Shown here: piece after piece, positions 22,685-32,530 of the stretch
Layout: each line of letters starts with the position of its first letter
Position numbering within the stretch: position 1 is the first letter of the stretch
From: Macrostomum lignano
Lineage: Eukaryota
Length of the DNA: 34,073 bases
Direction: 5' to 3'
NCBI GenBank assembly: GCA_002269645.1
Contig: NIVC01001285.1
Span: 1 to 34,073, forward strand
The notes under the pieces: generated by a model
What the model was told of the DNA's origin: nothing
Database searches by the model: none
What the model saw: the letters and a program-made list of their open reading frames with translations, nothing else
Made by a program: the position numbers and the translations under genes

Positions 22685-23078
22685 TTAGAGGATTAGTAAA
22701 CCCGAGAAACGCAAAAAGTTAAGACTGGTGCAAACTAAAAATTAGTAAAATATATAACCTGCAAAATAAAACGTTTCGAAAAGTCAGAATCAGGAGAGAA
22801 GGTAATCTAAAATACTGAAACTAATACGATAATCCTAAATCCTAGGATTAACGGATTAAGATCGAATTAACGCTTCTAGTAGCTAATAGTGTCAAAAATT
22901 ATCAGCAAGGGCGAAATTGACCCAGATAAAAGTGAAGAGATCACGCAGTCTAGCAGTTCTGTTCACAATTAGAAGTAACCAATTAAACTAGTTAGGTAGA
23001 TCAGTGACTCAGGAGTCTCCCAGTCTCACTGAAATCAATTAATCATAAGAAGCGATAATTCGTAAATTCGAAAATCTA

Positions 23079-23825
23079 ATGGACGCTAATGACGTAGTAG
23101 AAGCTCTGGCTGAAGGAATTAGAGACAGACTAGACATTAGAAAGCACATTAGGATCCAAAAGTACACGCCTAATCAAGATATTGACGTGTGGATTCAGGC
23201 TTTTGAGCAAAGGTGTATCGCAGATGAGATACCTGCAGCCGATTGGAAAAATGAACTACTATCTAATCTAGATGTCCAATCAGCGTTTGCTATTGTGACA
23301 AGGCTGAATTTAGATCCTAATCTACCGTATGCTGAATTCAAGGATAGGCTCATCGAACGATTCACGCATGCGGGTAGTGCTCAAGAAGCTAGGGAAGAAT
23401 TCCGTAGCAGATACCAATCTAAGACAGAGAGCACTGACGACTATGCGGAGAAGCTGACAGAGTTAGCCTATAGGGCGTTTCCTCACCTAACTAACGATCA
23501 AAGACAGGAAGAAGTGGTGGAACAATTTATTAGAGGTGTTAGGATAACCCCAGAGGCTAGGGAAAAGCTACTGCTAGCACAGGCGAACACACTCCAAGAG
23601 ACACGTCGAGTCTTGCGACGTATCGAAATGGCGTATACCATGTCTCGCCGAGGGAGAGATCCAGCTCAGTGCAAGGCAACTGGAGGAGATGAGGCTGAGA
23701 GTAGCTTGAGGGAGTTAGTCCGCAAGCAAGGTGAGACACTAGAAAGCCAGCAGAGGGTGCTCCAGGAGTTGCTTCGACACCAGCAGAGTGCTGAGCAGAA
23801 GGCTAGGCAGAAGCCGTACCAAGGC
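23079..23825 (+). pseudogene. gag: Gag, N-terminal 249 codons (interrupted by hAT insertion)
   Basis: Retrotransposon capsid-like sequence. The ORF runs into the hAT terminus and stops at 23841-23843. Removing 23826-25733 restores a 336-aa ORF. Confidence 0.93.
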
Positions 23826-24474
23826 CAGTGCTGGGCAAGTTAATCAATTTTTTTAACTCGTTAAAAGTTAAAAAGTTAATTTAATTGCTCCAAAATAATT
23901 AACTGTAACTAGTTAATTATTTAACTTTTGCCCAAAATTTAACTTCTGAAAAGTTAAAAGTTAAAGTTAATAATTCTCTAACGGAAAAAGTGACATTTTC
24001 CCGGACATGCGTCCGGCGCGTTTTTTAAATTTCAGGTCGGCGCGGCGCGGCTGTGGCCAGGTCGCGGTGCGGCGCGGCGCGCGGTGGCGCGACGCAGCGC
24101 AGAAGGTCGTGCGGCGGCGCGGGAAGTCGCGCGGCGGCGCGACATGGCGCAGTATGGTGCAACGCGACAAGGAAATATCTATGCAGCGCGACGCGGAGCA
24201 GCGCAGCAGGGAAGGCAGAATTACAACTACATGTATACAACTAGGGATGTCGACCCCGGGGAGGGCTCCCCGGGGTTCGGGGAGCTTGTCGGGGAATACT
24301 CCCCGGGGAATTAGACCGGGGACCCCGGGGAGAAAAAAAGCATTTTTAACTAAATTTTTGCCATTTAAATAAGAAAATCATTCACAGAAAGCTGATTGAA
24401 ACTCTGTCTATGCATTTTTACCGCAAAACTGCTTATTTCAATGTATTATTTCAAACACAACACACGTTTGAATG

Positions 24475-24697
24475 GGGGGGGGTTCATAAGACCGAAATTT
24501 CACAACGCCGAAACACCATACTTCACAAGACCGAAACTTCATAAGATCGAAATTTCACATCGTAGAAAACCTTACAATAAGGATTGTATTGCATGCAGAA
24601 TTTTCGGCGTTGTGAAATTTCGGTCTTTTGAAGTTTCAGTCTTGTGAAGGGTAGTGCTTTTCGGCGTTGTGAAATTTCGGTCTTATGAAAGCGACCC
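24475..24697. mobile_element. Mutator-like MITE nested in hAT B (223 bp)
   Basis: Long TIRs ttcataagaccgaaatttcacaacgccgaaa / tttcggcgttgtgaaatttcggtcttatgaa with GGG...CCC ends. Perfect 9-bp TSD GTTTGAATG (24466-24474 and 24698-24706). Confidence 0.9.
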
Positions 24698-24984
24698 GTT
24701 TGAATGTTTTTTTCACTATGAGTCTTTCAATCAAGCAAATTGAACGTACGAGCGTAGAAACCCGTCAGGAAAAAGAAGCCTTACTGACTATTGTGTTGGT
24801 CTGCGTTGATGGCTTGACGCATTTGACGCAGGCACAGCGCTATATCCTGCGTCAGTCACTGACGCATAGGGGGGTGTCATACAATAACAAAATACTCCCT
24901 ATTAGACAGGACAAAATGGTGATTTACATGTATCTGCAAGAAATTAAAATTCCGATTATAAAAACAGTCTCATTCATTAATTAT

Positions 24985-25110
24985 CCTCCCTCGACTGCAG
25001 CTGCTGAGTATGCATTTTCCGCCTCCGGAGTCTGGACCCTTTCTGATAAGGTGCGCGCACGATTTGGTGATGCCACGTTGTCAAATACAGTTTTAAACAA
25101 ACATTGCCTT
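24985..25110 (+). pseudogene. hAT transposase C-terminal dimerisation domain remnant
   Basis: PPSTAAAEYAFSASGVWTLSDKVRARFGDATLSNTVL resembles the hAT PxTSxxSERxFSxxG...R.RL motif. Confidence 0.7.
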
Positions 25111-25733
25111 AAGTTTTTACCCTTGCGCCTTGAACATGTAGTCCATCCAAAGCTTTAATCAAAGTTTAAGAAATGCCACTTAGTGACTTAAGATCTAAGT
25201 TATCCGCCGTTTTTTACTTATTTTTTCCCCGGAGTCCCCGGGGTCCCCGGGGAATGACAGTAAATTACCCGGGTCCCCGATAAGAAAATTCCCCGGGGAA
25301 TCGACATCCCTATGTACAACGATAACTTCTAGTAGTCCTTGAGTAGAATATCAATAGATAATAGTTGAAGATTCCAGAATCTTCCGGAATATTCTATACA
25401 TTATAACTTGTAACTGAAATAATATACATGTAATAGTTTGTGACGCGTTAAATAATGCTTAGAAAGGCGAAGTTATTTTATGTATGTATTAATTTTACTT
25501 TTTAATGGCATACAAGCTGTTGAAACCCGCGGATTTTGAACCCGGGGAACTCTATTTCCCGGAATTATTAACTTTTGTCATTTAACTTTAACTTACAGAA
25601 AAAAATTAACGATTTTTGTTAACTAGTTAATACATAAAAAATTTAACGAAAATTTAACGATTTTTAAAAAAATTTAACTAGTTAATTAACTAGTTAAACA
25701 ATTAACTAGTTAACGCCCAGCACTGACCAAGGC

Positions 25734-25997
25734 CAGCAACAGGGCCAAGGTCAGAAGCAGCCAGTAAAGTGCTTCAAGTGTGGGAAAAGCGGTCACATAG
25801 CTAAGCATTGCCAGCAGCAGCAGAATCAGCCGCAGTTTCCGCAGCAGCAGTTTCCACAACCACCACAGTTTATTCCGTACCAACCGCAGTACCCGCCGCC
25901 GCAGTTCCCGCAGCAGCAGTTCCCGCAGCAGTACCAGAATAAGAATCAGGGAAACGGAGTAGCCGGAAGCGTAGGGGGCAACGCTTTCCAGAAGTAG
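25734..25997 (+). pseudogene. gag: Gag C-terminal part: CCHC knuckle and Q/P-rich tail
   Basis: QQQGQGQKQPVKCFKCGKSGHIAKHCQQQQNQPQFPQQQFPQPP...NAFQK* is in frame with 23079-23825 across the TSD. Confidence 0.93.
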
Positions 25998-26019
25998 ACA
26001 GTCAGCAGTCTGTAGCCTC
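25949..26019 (+). promoter_or_regulatory. -1 programmed ribosomal frameshift signal (gag-pol)
   Basis: G GGA AAC in the gag frame, a 9-nt spacer, then stem GGAAGCGT/ACGCTTTCC (25965-25989). The loop GGGGC could pair with GCCTC (26015-26019). The -1 frame is open into pol. Confidence 0.8.
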
Positions 26020-29000
26020 GCAACCTGTAAATAGCAGCGATAGTTTTTCTGTAAATAGTGAATTGAATATGCATGCGCAACCATTTAATCAACCAAACAT
26101 TTATTCTCAGCACTTTTCACACGCACCACAGCAACAACCTTGTTCTAGTAAGCAGCAAATTAAACCACAAAATTTAAGCGAACCAACTAAGAAGCAAAAT
26201 TACGATCCGTATATTACTGGCAGCATTCTAAATAAGGAGGTAGTTTATCTATTAGACACTGGCAGCAATAGGAGCATTCTAGGACGAGAAACCTGGAAAC
26301 ATCTGTTCACTGGCAAGAATAGTCACTTAATTAAGCAGTGGAACAATAGAATCGTGTCATTCACGGAAGAGCCGATTCCAATTAAAGGTTCCGTAGTAAT
26401 TAAGGCGACATTCGGAGATTTTGAAGAAGAAATAGAGTTTCTCTTATGTGACGCAGGAGTAGACAATGTAATAGGCGTGACGTTTGTCCAACAATATTGT
26501 AATGCTATCGACTTTGAGACAGGAATGCTAACTATGAAGCAGGGAGCCAGAATTCCACTTCGTTCTACCAGAGCTAAGCCTCAGGTTAAGAGAATCTATG
26601 TTGCAGAAAAGACGACAGTTCCAGCTAATAGTTCAGGATTAGTCAAAGTCAGGTTAGCCACAGGTAGTGAATCCAATTTCGGAGTGCCATCAGTTGTTGA
26701 GCCACTCAGATCAGGATTGAAGACTAGAGCAGAGAAGGTAACTGTAGTGCCAAGCTTAGTAACTCTAAGGCAAGGAGAAGCTTATCTAGAAGTCATTAAC
26801 ACCAGCTCACAGGAAGCTAGAGTGCCAGCATCAGCACTAGTAGGAATGGCTAAACCGCTTTTAGCTAGTGAATTAAACTATCTTAAGGATCAACCAGAGA
26901 AAGAGCAGTTATGCCAGAATAAGAACACGCAGTTTTGCGAAAACATCAGACAGGTTCAAGACAAGTCAGAAGATTGGATTAGTGAGATCGACATAGGAAA
27001 TGAACTGACTCAGGAGCAGAGACAGAAGGTGATCGAGGTCGTCAAGGAACATTCAGCAGCTTTCTCACAACACAAGTTAGACTTAGGCAGAACGCACTTA
27101 GTCACGCATGAGATTATCTTGAAGGACAACAACCCAGTTCAGATACCAGCTAGGAAGATTCCACCTCATTGGATCAAAGAGGTAGATGAACAGTTAGATC
27201 TCATGTTGGCTAGAGGCATCATTAGGCCTAGTTACTCGCAGTACTCGACTCCATTAGTCATAGTACCTAAGAAGGATGGTTCGCTGAGATTAGTTAACGA
27301 TTATCGAGCACTAAATAACAAATCGGAGTACTTTCCGTATCCAATAACTAATATTAATGAAACATTCTCGTGTCTCCATGGAGCCAGTCAATTTTCTACG
27401 TTAGATCTATTCTCAGGATATTATCAGATAGCTCTTAGGGAAGAAGATAAGTGCAAAACTAGTTTTCCAACTTTACATCGAGGCTCGTTTGAGTACGAAG
27501 TTTTGCCAATGGGATTGCAAGGAGCTCCAGGAACTTTTCAAAGGTGCATGAACTTAGTTCTTAAGGACATTGCACAGAAGTTCGCCATAGCTTACTTAGA
27601 CGATGTAATAGTTTATAGTACAGACTTTGAATCTCACTTAGAACACCTGAAAGAAGTGCTCAAAAGACTAATCCAAGCTAATATGAAACTAAAAGCGAAG
27701 AAATGTCACCTTTTCAAATCAGAACTACAATATCTAGGACACGTCATAGGCAAAGCAGGAATTAAGAGAGATGCGTCAAAGTTAGAAGCGATTAGGAACT
27801 GGCCGAAACCGAAATCTGTGACAGAGCTTCGAAGTTTTCTCGGACTCTGTAATTATTATCGAAAATTCGTTAGAGATTTTGCCGAGGTAGCAGCACCGCT
27901 CTGTGAGCTAACGAAGAAGAACATCAAATGTATCCAGGACAAATGGACCAGGATTCATGATGAATGCTTCGAGTTGTTAAAGGAACGGATGTGTTCCGAA
28001 GAAGTGCTTGCTTACCCAGAGTTTAATACAGACCCCCAAGTTTACTTTGTGTTAGACACTGATGCATCAGATGTCAGAATTGGGGCGGTCTTAAATCAAG
28101 TACAGAGCGACGAAGTTGAGAGACCGATCGCGTATTATAGTCGGAAAATGAGGCAGTCAGAAAGTAGATATCCGATTACGAGGAAGGAGCTTCTAGCGAT
28201 TGTTGACTCGCTGAAGTACTTCAGGTTTTACCTCGTAGGGAAACGTTTTAAGGTGCGCACTGATCACAATGCCCTAACCTGGTTGCTTCGCCAGACCGAA
28301 CAGACAGGCATTTTAGGTCGTTGGATCGAGAGACTTAGTGAGTTTGATTTTGAGATTGAGCATAGAAGTGGCCCTAAGCATGTGAATGCTGATGCTCTAT
28401 CCAGGATCCCGGATCCTCAACAGGATGAGTCATCCCCATATGCCAGGTCGCTTAGCTGTAGGGCAACTGTGAACACAGACCCAGCATCAGCTGTTACTGT
28501 GAGCTCAGGCAATTCCGCGCAAGCCGAAACCTGTAGTCTACACAGTGGAGTTACGTCATGCTGTTCGCCGCAGAATATGGCGCCGAACCGACACAATACT
28601 CAGAGTTTTAGTAGCAGGTTGCTAAGCAAAAGGCAAGAACAGGAGCCTAAGGAAAGGCACCCGCTTGTTTGCAATGCACTGCTGAGTGATTACCTTCGTA
28701 GCCCTGTGCGTCGCGAAAATTTGGTCGCAGCTCAGCTAGCTGACCCCGCACTAAGCTATGTCAGGAATCTGATTGAATCTGACTTGCCGAAACCGAATTT
28801 TCAAGAAAGACTAGAATTGTCTCACGAGATTAGAAATCTGCTAGGTTATTTTGAACTCTTCAGGATAGAAGACGGTGTTCTTAGAATAGACTTAAATTTA
28901 GGGCGGACCGAATCTAAAGTGGTGTTGCCCAAGTCTTTAGATGGTGAAGTTTTTCACGAATTCCACGATTCACCGTTAGCAGGTCATTTAGGAAGAGACA

Positions 29001-29965
29001 AAACTTATCAGCGAGTTAAGGAAAGATTTTGGAGAGTAGGATTAGCTACAGCAGTCGAAAAGTACGTCGCCAAGTGCAAATCTTGTTTAGATAGTAAATC
29101 AAGAAAGCGATGCAAGGCACCCGTGCAGAATTTTCCTATTGTCGAGCCATTCTCACGCCTTCACATTGATTTGATAGGTTCGATCAATCAGACTAGCAAA
29201 TCTGGTAACAAATATGTCTTGTCAGTTATTGACAGCACTAGCAAATTTCCATTTGCGTTTGCAATTAAAAATCAGAAGGCTAAGACAGTAATTAAAATTC
29301 TGCAGGAGCGAGTTTTCGCCGACTTTGGAATACCTCAGTGGATTCACACAGATCAGGGAACACAATTTACAGGGAGAGCATTTAGAAAGTTTTTAGACCT
29401 CTATGGGATTAGGCACACTAGGACAACAAGCTATCATCCACAAAGCAATGGGCTAGTAGAAAATTTAAACAAACAAATTAAGTCAATTCTTACCTGTTTG
29501 CTCGAGAAAGAACATGCGAACTGGGATGGTCTTTTGCCCGGTTGTATAACCGCATTGCGCACCAGCACGCATACAGCCACAGGTTTCAGTCCGCATTATC
29601 TTGTGTTTGGAAGAGAGGCCCGGATGCCGAGTGACAATGTGTTCCAGCAGCCAAAGGCGTTCGCCGATCTGCCTGCTTACGTTCAAGAGCACTTGACTCA
29701 CCTGCAAGAGGGGCAAGAACTCGCCAAACAGCGGCTCACATTAATACAACGTAAGCGTGAGCAGCACTATTCTAACAAACCTAAACAACCAGACTTACCT
29801 ATAGGGAGCTTAGTTTTCATTAACAACCCAGTCATCACACAGACAGAAGCCAACAAGTTCCACAGGAAGAGAAGAGCAGTCTACGAGGTCATAGAACAGT
29901 TATCAGAAGTAGTTTACAGGATTAGATTATTAAAAAAAGTACTAAGGCTAGAAAAGAGGAATTAG
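25949..29965 (+). CDS. pol: Pol polyprotein (PR, RT, RNase H, integrase)
   Basis: 1300-aa ORF from 26063, with the frame open back to the slippery site. Motifs: LLDTGS (PR), YLDD (RT), LDTDAS/TDH (RH), GHLGRDKT...C-x2-C and D-D-E (HIDL, DQGTQF, VE) (IN). Probably not expressible from this copy because gag is broken. Confidence 0.95.
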   Translation, partial: GKRSSRKRRGQRFPEVDSQQSVASQPVNSSDSFSVNSELNMHAQPFNQPNIYSQHFSHAPQQQPCSSKQQIKPQNLSEPTKKQNYDPYITGSILNKEVVYLLDTGSNRSILGRETWKHLFTGKNSHLIKQWNNRIVSFTEEPIPIKGSVVIKATFGDFEEEIEFLLCDAGVDNVIGVTFVQQYCNAIDFETGMLTMKQGARIPLRSTRAKPQVKRIYVAEKTTVPANSSGLVKVRLATGSESNFGVPSVVEPLRSGLKTRAEKVTVVPSLVTLRQGEAYLEVINTSSQEARVPASALVGMAKPLLASELNYLKDQPEKEQLCQNKNTQFCENIRQVQDKSEDWISEIDIGNELTQEQRQKVIEVVKEHSAAFSQHKLDLGRTHLVTHEIILKDNNPVQIPARKIPPHWIKEVDEQLDLMLARGIIRPSYSQYSTPLVIVPKKDGSLRLVNDYRALNNKSEYFPYPITNINETFSCLHGASQFSTLDLFSGYYQIALREEDKCKTSFPTLHRGSFEYEVLPMGLQGAPGTFQRCMNLVLKDIAQKFAIAYLDDVIVYSTDFESHLEHLKEVLKRLIQANMKLKAKKCHLFKSELQYLGHVIGKAGIKRDASKLEAIRNWPKPKSVTELRSFLGLCNYYRKFVRDFAEVAAPLCELTKKNIKCIQDKWTRIHDECFELLKERMCSEEVLAYPEFNTDPQVYFVLDTDASDVRIGAVLNQVQSDEVERPIAYYSRKMRQSESRYPITRKELLAIVDSLKYFRFYLVGKRFKVRTDHNALTWLLRQTEQTGILGRWIERLSEFDFEIEHRSGPKHVNADALSRIPDPQQDESSPYARSLSCRATVNTDPASAVTVSSGNSAQAETCSLHSGVTSCCSPQNMAPNRHNTQSFSSRLLSKRQEQEPKERHPLVCNALLSDYLRSPVRRENLVAAQLADPALSYVRNLIESDLPKPNFQERLELSHEIRNLLGYFELFRIEDGVLRIDLNLGRTESKVVLPKSLDGEVFHEFHDSPLAGHLGRDKTYQRVKERFWRVGLATAVEKYVAKCKSCLDSKSRKRCKAPVQNFPIVEPFSRLHIDLIGSINQTSKSGNKYVLSVIDSTSKFPFAFAIKNQKAKTVIKILQERVFADFGIPQWIHTDQGTQFTGRAFRKFLDLYGIRHTRTTSYHPQSNGLVENLNKQIKSILTCLLEKEHANWDGLLPGCITALRTSTHTATGFSPHYLVFGREARMPSDNVFQQPKAFADLPAYVQEHLTHLQEGQELAKQRLTLIQRKREQHYSNKPKQPDLPIGSLVFINNPVITQTEANKFHRKRRAVYEVIEQLSEVVYRIRLLKKVLRLEKRN

Positions 29966-30375
29966 TCATGCATAGGGATAATTTACTACCCGTACCAACA
30001 GCCGATTACGTTAGTGAGGAAGAAAAGCCAGAAAGCAGTTGTGCCAGGCGACCGAAACTTCGAGAAAATGTACCGCTTAATCCGATGTACGAAGCAGCCG
30101 ACAGTGAGAGTGAACATGAAGATGAAGTGCAGTTTGTGCCAGTGCAGAGTCAGAATAATGTTCCAGTACCAGTGCAGGATATGCCAGTGCAGGTTATGCC
30201 AGTACAAGAAGATAATCTACCAGTGCAAAATAATAATGAGCAGCCAGCAATCGAAACTAGACCAGTTAGAGATAGACGGGAACCGAGTAGATTAGCGATA
30301 GACCCAGGCCGGAAGAGCTATGTGCAAAAGGTAACGGAGTTGTTTAACCCCTACCTGCTCTTCCAGCTCGAATAG
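29938..30375 (+). CDS. Pol/integrase C-terminal tail in the -1 frame after an A7 run
   Basis: STKARKEELVMHRDNLLPVP continues the Gypsy IN C-terminal motif (VYRI...xHxxxLxP). One extra A at 29932-29938 would join it to pol. Confidence 0.75.
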   Translation, partial: STKARKEELVMHRDNLLPVPTADYVSEEEKPESSCARRPKLRENVPLNPMYEAADSESEHEDEVQFVPVQSQNNVPVPVQDMPVQVMPVQEDNLPVQNNNEQPAIETRPVRDRREPSRLAIDPGRKSYVQKVTELFNPYLLFQLE

Positions 30376-30379
30376 CATT

Positions 30380-31216
30380 ATGGCTGACGCCCCGGAGCGG
30401 GTATACCCAGTCAAGACAATTTACTCGGGAAAGAAAAGAAGAAGAAGTAGCCCCGATGAAAACGAACAGCCACAAATACGATCGGTACGAGCAAGAGAAG
30501 CAACTGAGAAGCCCATAGAAGTTCGGCAGCGAGAGGAAGTGGACGAAGATAAAGAGGCTGGAGAGTTGGTTGTAGATCTGAATGGAGTAGACCTGGAGGA
30601 GGCAACGAGAAGGCATGATGAGGAGGTGCGGCGAGAACAGGAGGAATTCATGGCAGCTCTACTGGGAGTAGAATTACCTGAACTCGAGGAAGAGCTCAGC
30701 CCGAAGAACGACGCCCCAGCAGAAGTATCGGAACCGCAAGAAGTGCCGGAACCTAAGGAAGCGCCGGAGGCGAGGCCGACGACTAATGAGACTCCGGTCG
30801 ATGTAGCTATCTTCTTCAGGGCCGACACACCGCAGCCACAAGACCTTGCTGAAAGCAACGAGCAGCCAGGAGCAAGCCCACGAAGTTTCAGGAAGAGTAC
30901 CAAGGCGCTCAAAAAGTGGCTGCTAAGAACAGGCAGCACTGGCCACTACGACCCGGCGGTGCCGCCAGAGTGTACTCGATTTCTGGCCCAGGCCACCGCT
31001 GAGCAGAAAGTCCAGTGTATGGAAGTCGCCTGCACGTACGCCCTCCAATATGCTGAGGATAGGGCTAGGGGACCATTGTCGCCCTTCCAAGTAAGTGAGC
31101 ATCTCCGGGCCATGGTCGAATTATTCGACCCAAAGGACAGGCGAACCCCCGCGACTGGCCTCCTTTACCAGTGCTCTCAGCGCGCGCCAACTTGCCGACC
31201 GATAGGGCAACTTTAA
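30380..31216 (+). CDS. ORF3, 278-aa accessory protein of unknown function (not env-like)
   Basis: Intact ATG...TAA ORF 4 nt after the pol-tail stop. It has a basic KKRRR motif, an acidic Glu-rich middle and a more ordered C-terminal region of about 100 aa. No signal peptide or transmembrane stretch. Confidence 0.8.
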   Translation: MADAPERVYPVKTIYSGKKRRRSSPDENEQPQIRSVRAREATEKPIEVRQREEVDEDKEAGELVVDLNGVDLEEATRRHDEEVRREQEEFMAALLGVELPELEEELSPKNDAPAEVSEPQEVPEPKEAPEARPTTNETPVDVAIFFRADTPQPQDLAESNEQPGASPRSFRKSTKALKKWLLRTGSTGHYDPAVPPECTRFLAQATAEQKVQCMEVACTYALQYAEDRARGPLSPFQVSEHLRAMVELFDPKDRRTPATGLLYQCSQRAPTCRPIGQL

Positions 31217-31796
31217 TAATAGACAAGGATTAACATTTCAGCTTTATTAACCTTTTCTACACAATTAAACAGCTTTAATTTTTTTAATTTTTTTTTGATG
31301 TTGTATGCATTTTTCTACACAGTGCCATAGTGCCATTTATTTTTCTTTTCTTCAAATCATTGCACCGCTTCTTGCCTTACATATATATTTACATATCGAT
31401 TATATTCAGGAAGAAAACCTATATGGTCATTGCCTATTTCATTAATCCCATTATGCTCAATTATTACTGTTCAAGTGCTCACATACTATTGCTCAAACTA
31501 ATATTGTATGGCTTAATTATTGTCGTTTACTTCCACTAATCATGTACTCGTACTGTTTTATTACTTTTGCTGATAGTATGCTATGTCCATTGTTATTACC
31601 TATACTGTATATTACTATATAATCATACTATGTTCTATACTATGCTATGCTACCATTACTCAGTTATTATTATTGCTTAATCATGCTCATTATATCGCTT
31701 ATATTTAGTCCATGCATGCCACTACTAATACTGTCTGAATTAATTGAAATAAACCCGATATTAACTAAATATGCAAAGGGGTTTGCACATTTTTTT

Positions 31797-31809
31797 AGTG
31801 GGGGGTAAG
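31797..31809 (+). promoter_or_regulatory. Polypurine tract
   Basis: agtggggggtaag lies immediately before the 3' LTR. Confidence 0.8.
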
Positions 31810-32530
31810 TGTAGTAGGGGGTTTAGTTCAAGGCAGTTTTGCCAAGGCGTTTGCCAACAGTTCTTATTCGTCGAGAGGAATTATTTTAGTAGCACGAAAT
31901 TCTAGAATAAGCAGTTTTGCTTTTACGCTACTATTAGTAGTTCACCCTCGGGGAAATATCTGAAGTTGTGGGAATTCGAGTATTAGCGGGTTCCTCTATT
32001 AGTAAAAGGCTGTTTGGCCTCGGGAAAAGCATCCTGTTCAGGACCGTCCATTGGACAACGTTTGTAAGAGATCTAAGTCTCAAATAAGCCAGACTAAGGG
32101 AGTCTCCCCTTTATAAAATAAAAAGAATATATATAAGAAAGTATAAAAGGTAAGATCGGGGTAAAATAGGGAGATTAAGAGGAGTCTACCGCTTAGTCAA
32201 AACGGAGTCTACCGAGAATAGGAGAATTAGTATAGTCAGTTAGATAGAAGTAAGGGAAAGGAACCAGGAGTCTACCGGTTCTAATAACATAGTAATAATA
32301 GTGCTTAAATCTTCGCATATTTGGTTCAATAATATCATTTTCTTTTGTTTGTTTATTCCAATAATCTTCCATGAAGTCGACTCTTGTCTCACTTATTTTA
32401 ATTTAAAACTATTATTATAAGGGACATTAGTCTGGTGGCAGCAACCTACCAAATTAGAGTACATGATAACAGAAGTAATAATAGAAAACAGAATAAACCA
32501 GTAGCTTAACCGCGAGGCACGCCCATTCCA
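31810..32530 (+). repeat. 3' LTR (721 bp)
   Basis: TGTAGTAGG...CCATTCCA followed by the TSD GCTA; about 99.4% identical to the 5' LTR. Confidence 0.97.

Larger units (their letters stand above)
24242..25312 (+). mobile_element. Non-autonomous hAT element B nested in element A
   Basis: 12-bp TIR TAGGGATGTCGA / TCGACATCCCTA. TSD tatacaac / tgtacaac (7/8). CCCCGGGG subterminal repeats in both arms and a transposase remnant inside. Confidence 0.92.
23826..25725. mobile_element. Non-autonomous hAT element A (1,900 bp with nested elements)
   Basis: 11-bp perfect TIR CAGTGCTGGGC / GCCCAGCACTG. Perfect 8-bp TSD ACCAAGGC (23818-23825 and 25726-25733). Many gttaa/ttaac subterminal motifs. Confidence 0.95.
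21952..32530 (+). mobile_element. Full-length young Ty3/Gypsy LTR retrotransposon (10,579 bp including a 1,900-bp nested insertion)
   Basis: Paired TG...CA LTRs, 4-bp TSD GCTA (21948-21951 and 32531-32534), PBS, PPT and domain order gag-PR-RT-RH-IN. Confidence 0.98.

Noticed and set aside
24007-24372. Arg/Ala-rich ORFs in hAT-A
   Set aside because: By-product of the GCG-rich patch; they cross the hAT-B junction.
25710-26084. Minus-strand Leu-rich ORF, and other antisense ORFs over pol and ORF3 (29483, 29986, 30344, 30421)
   Set aside because: Antisense shadows of the coding strand with no independent motifs.
30380-31216. ORF3 as an env gene
   Set aside because: No signal peptide, no transmembrane segment and no furin-site/fusion-peptide layout; the composition is acidic and hydrophilic.
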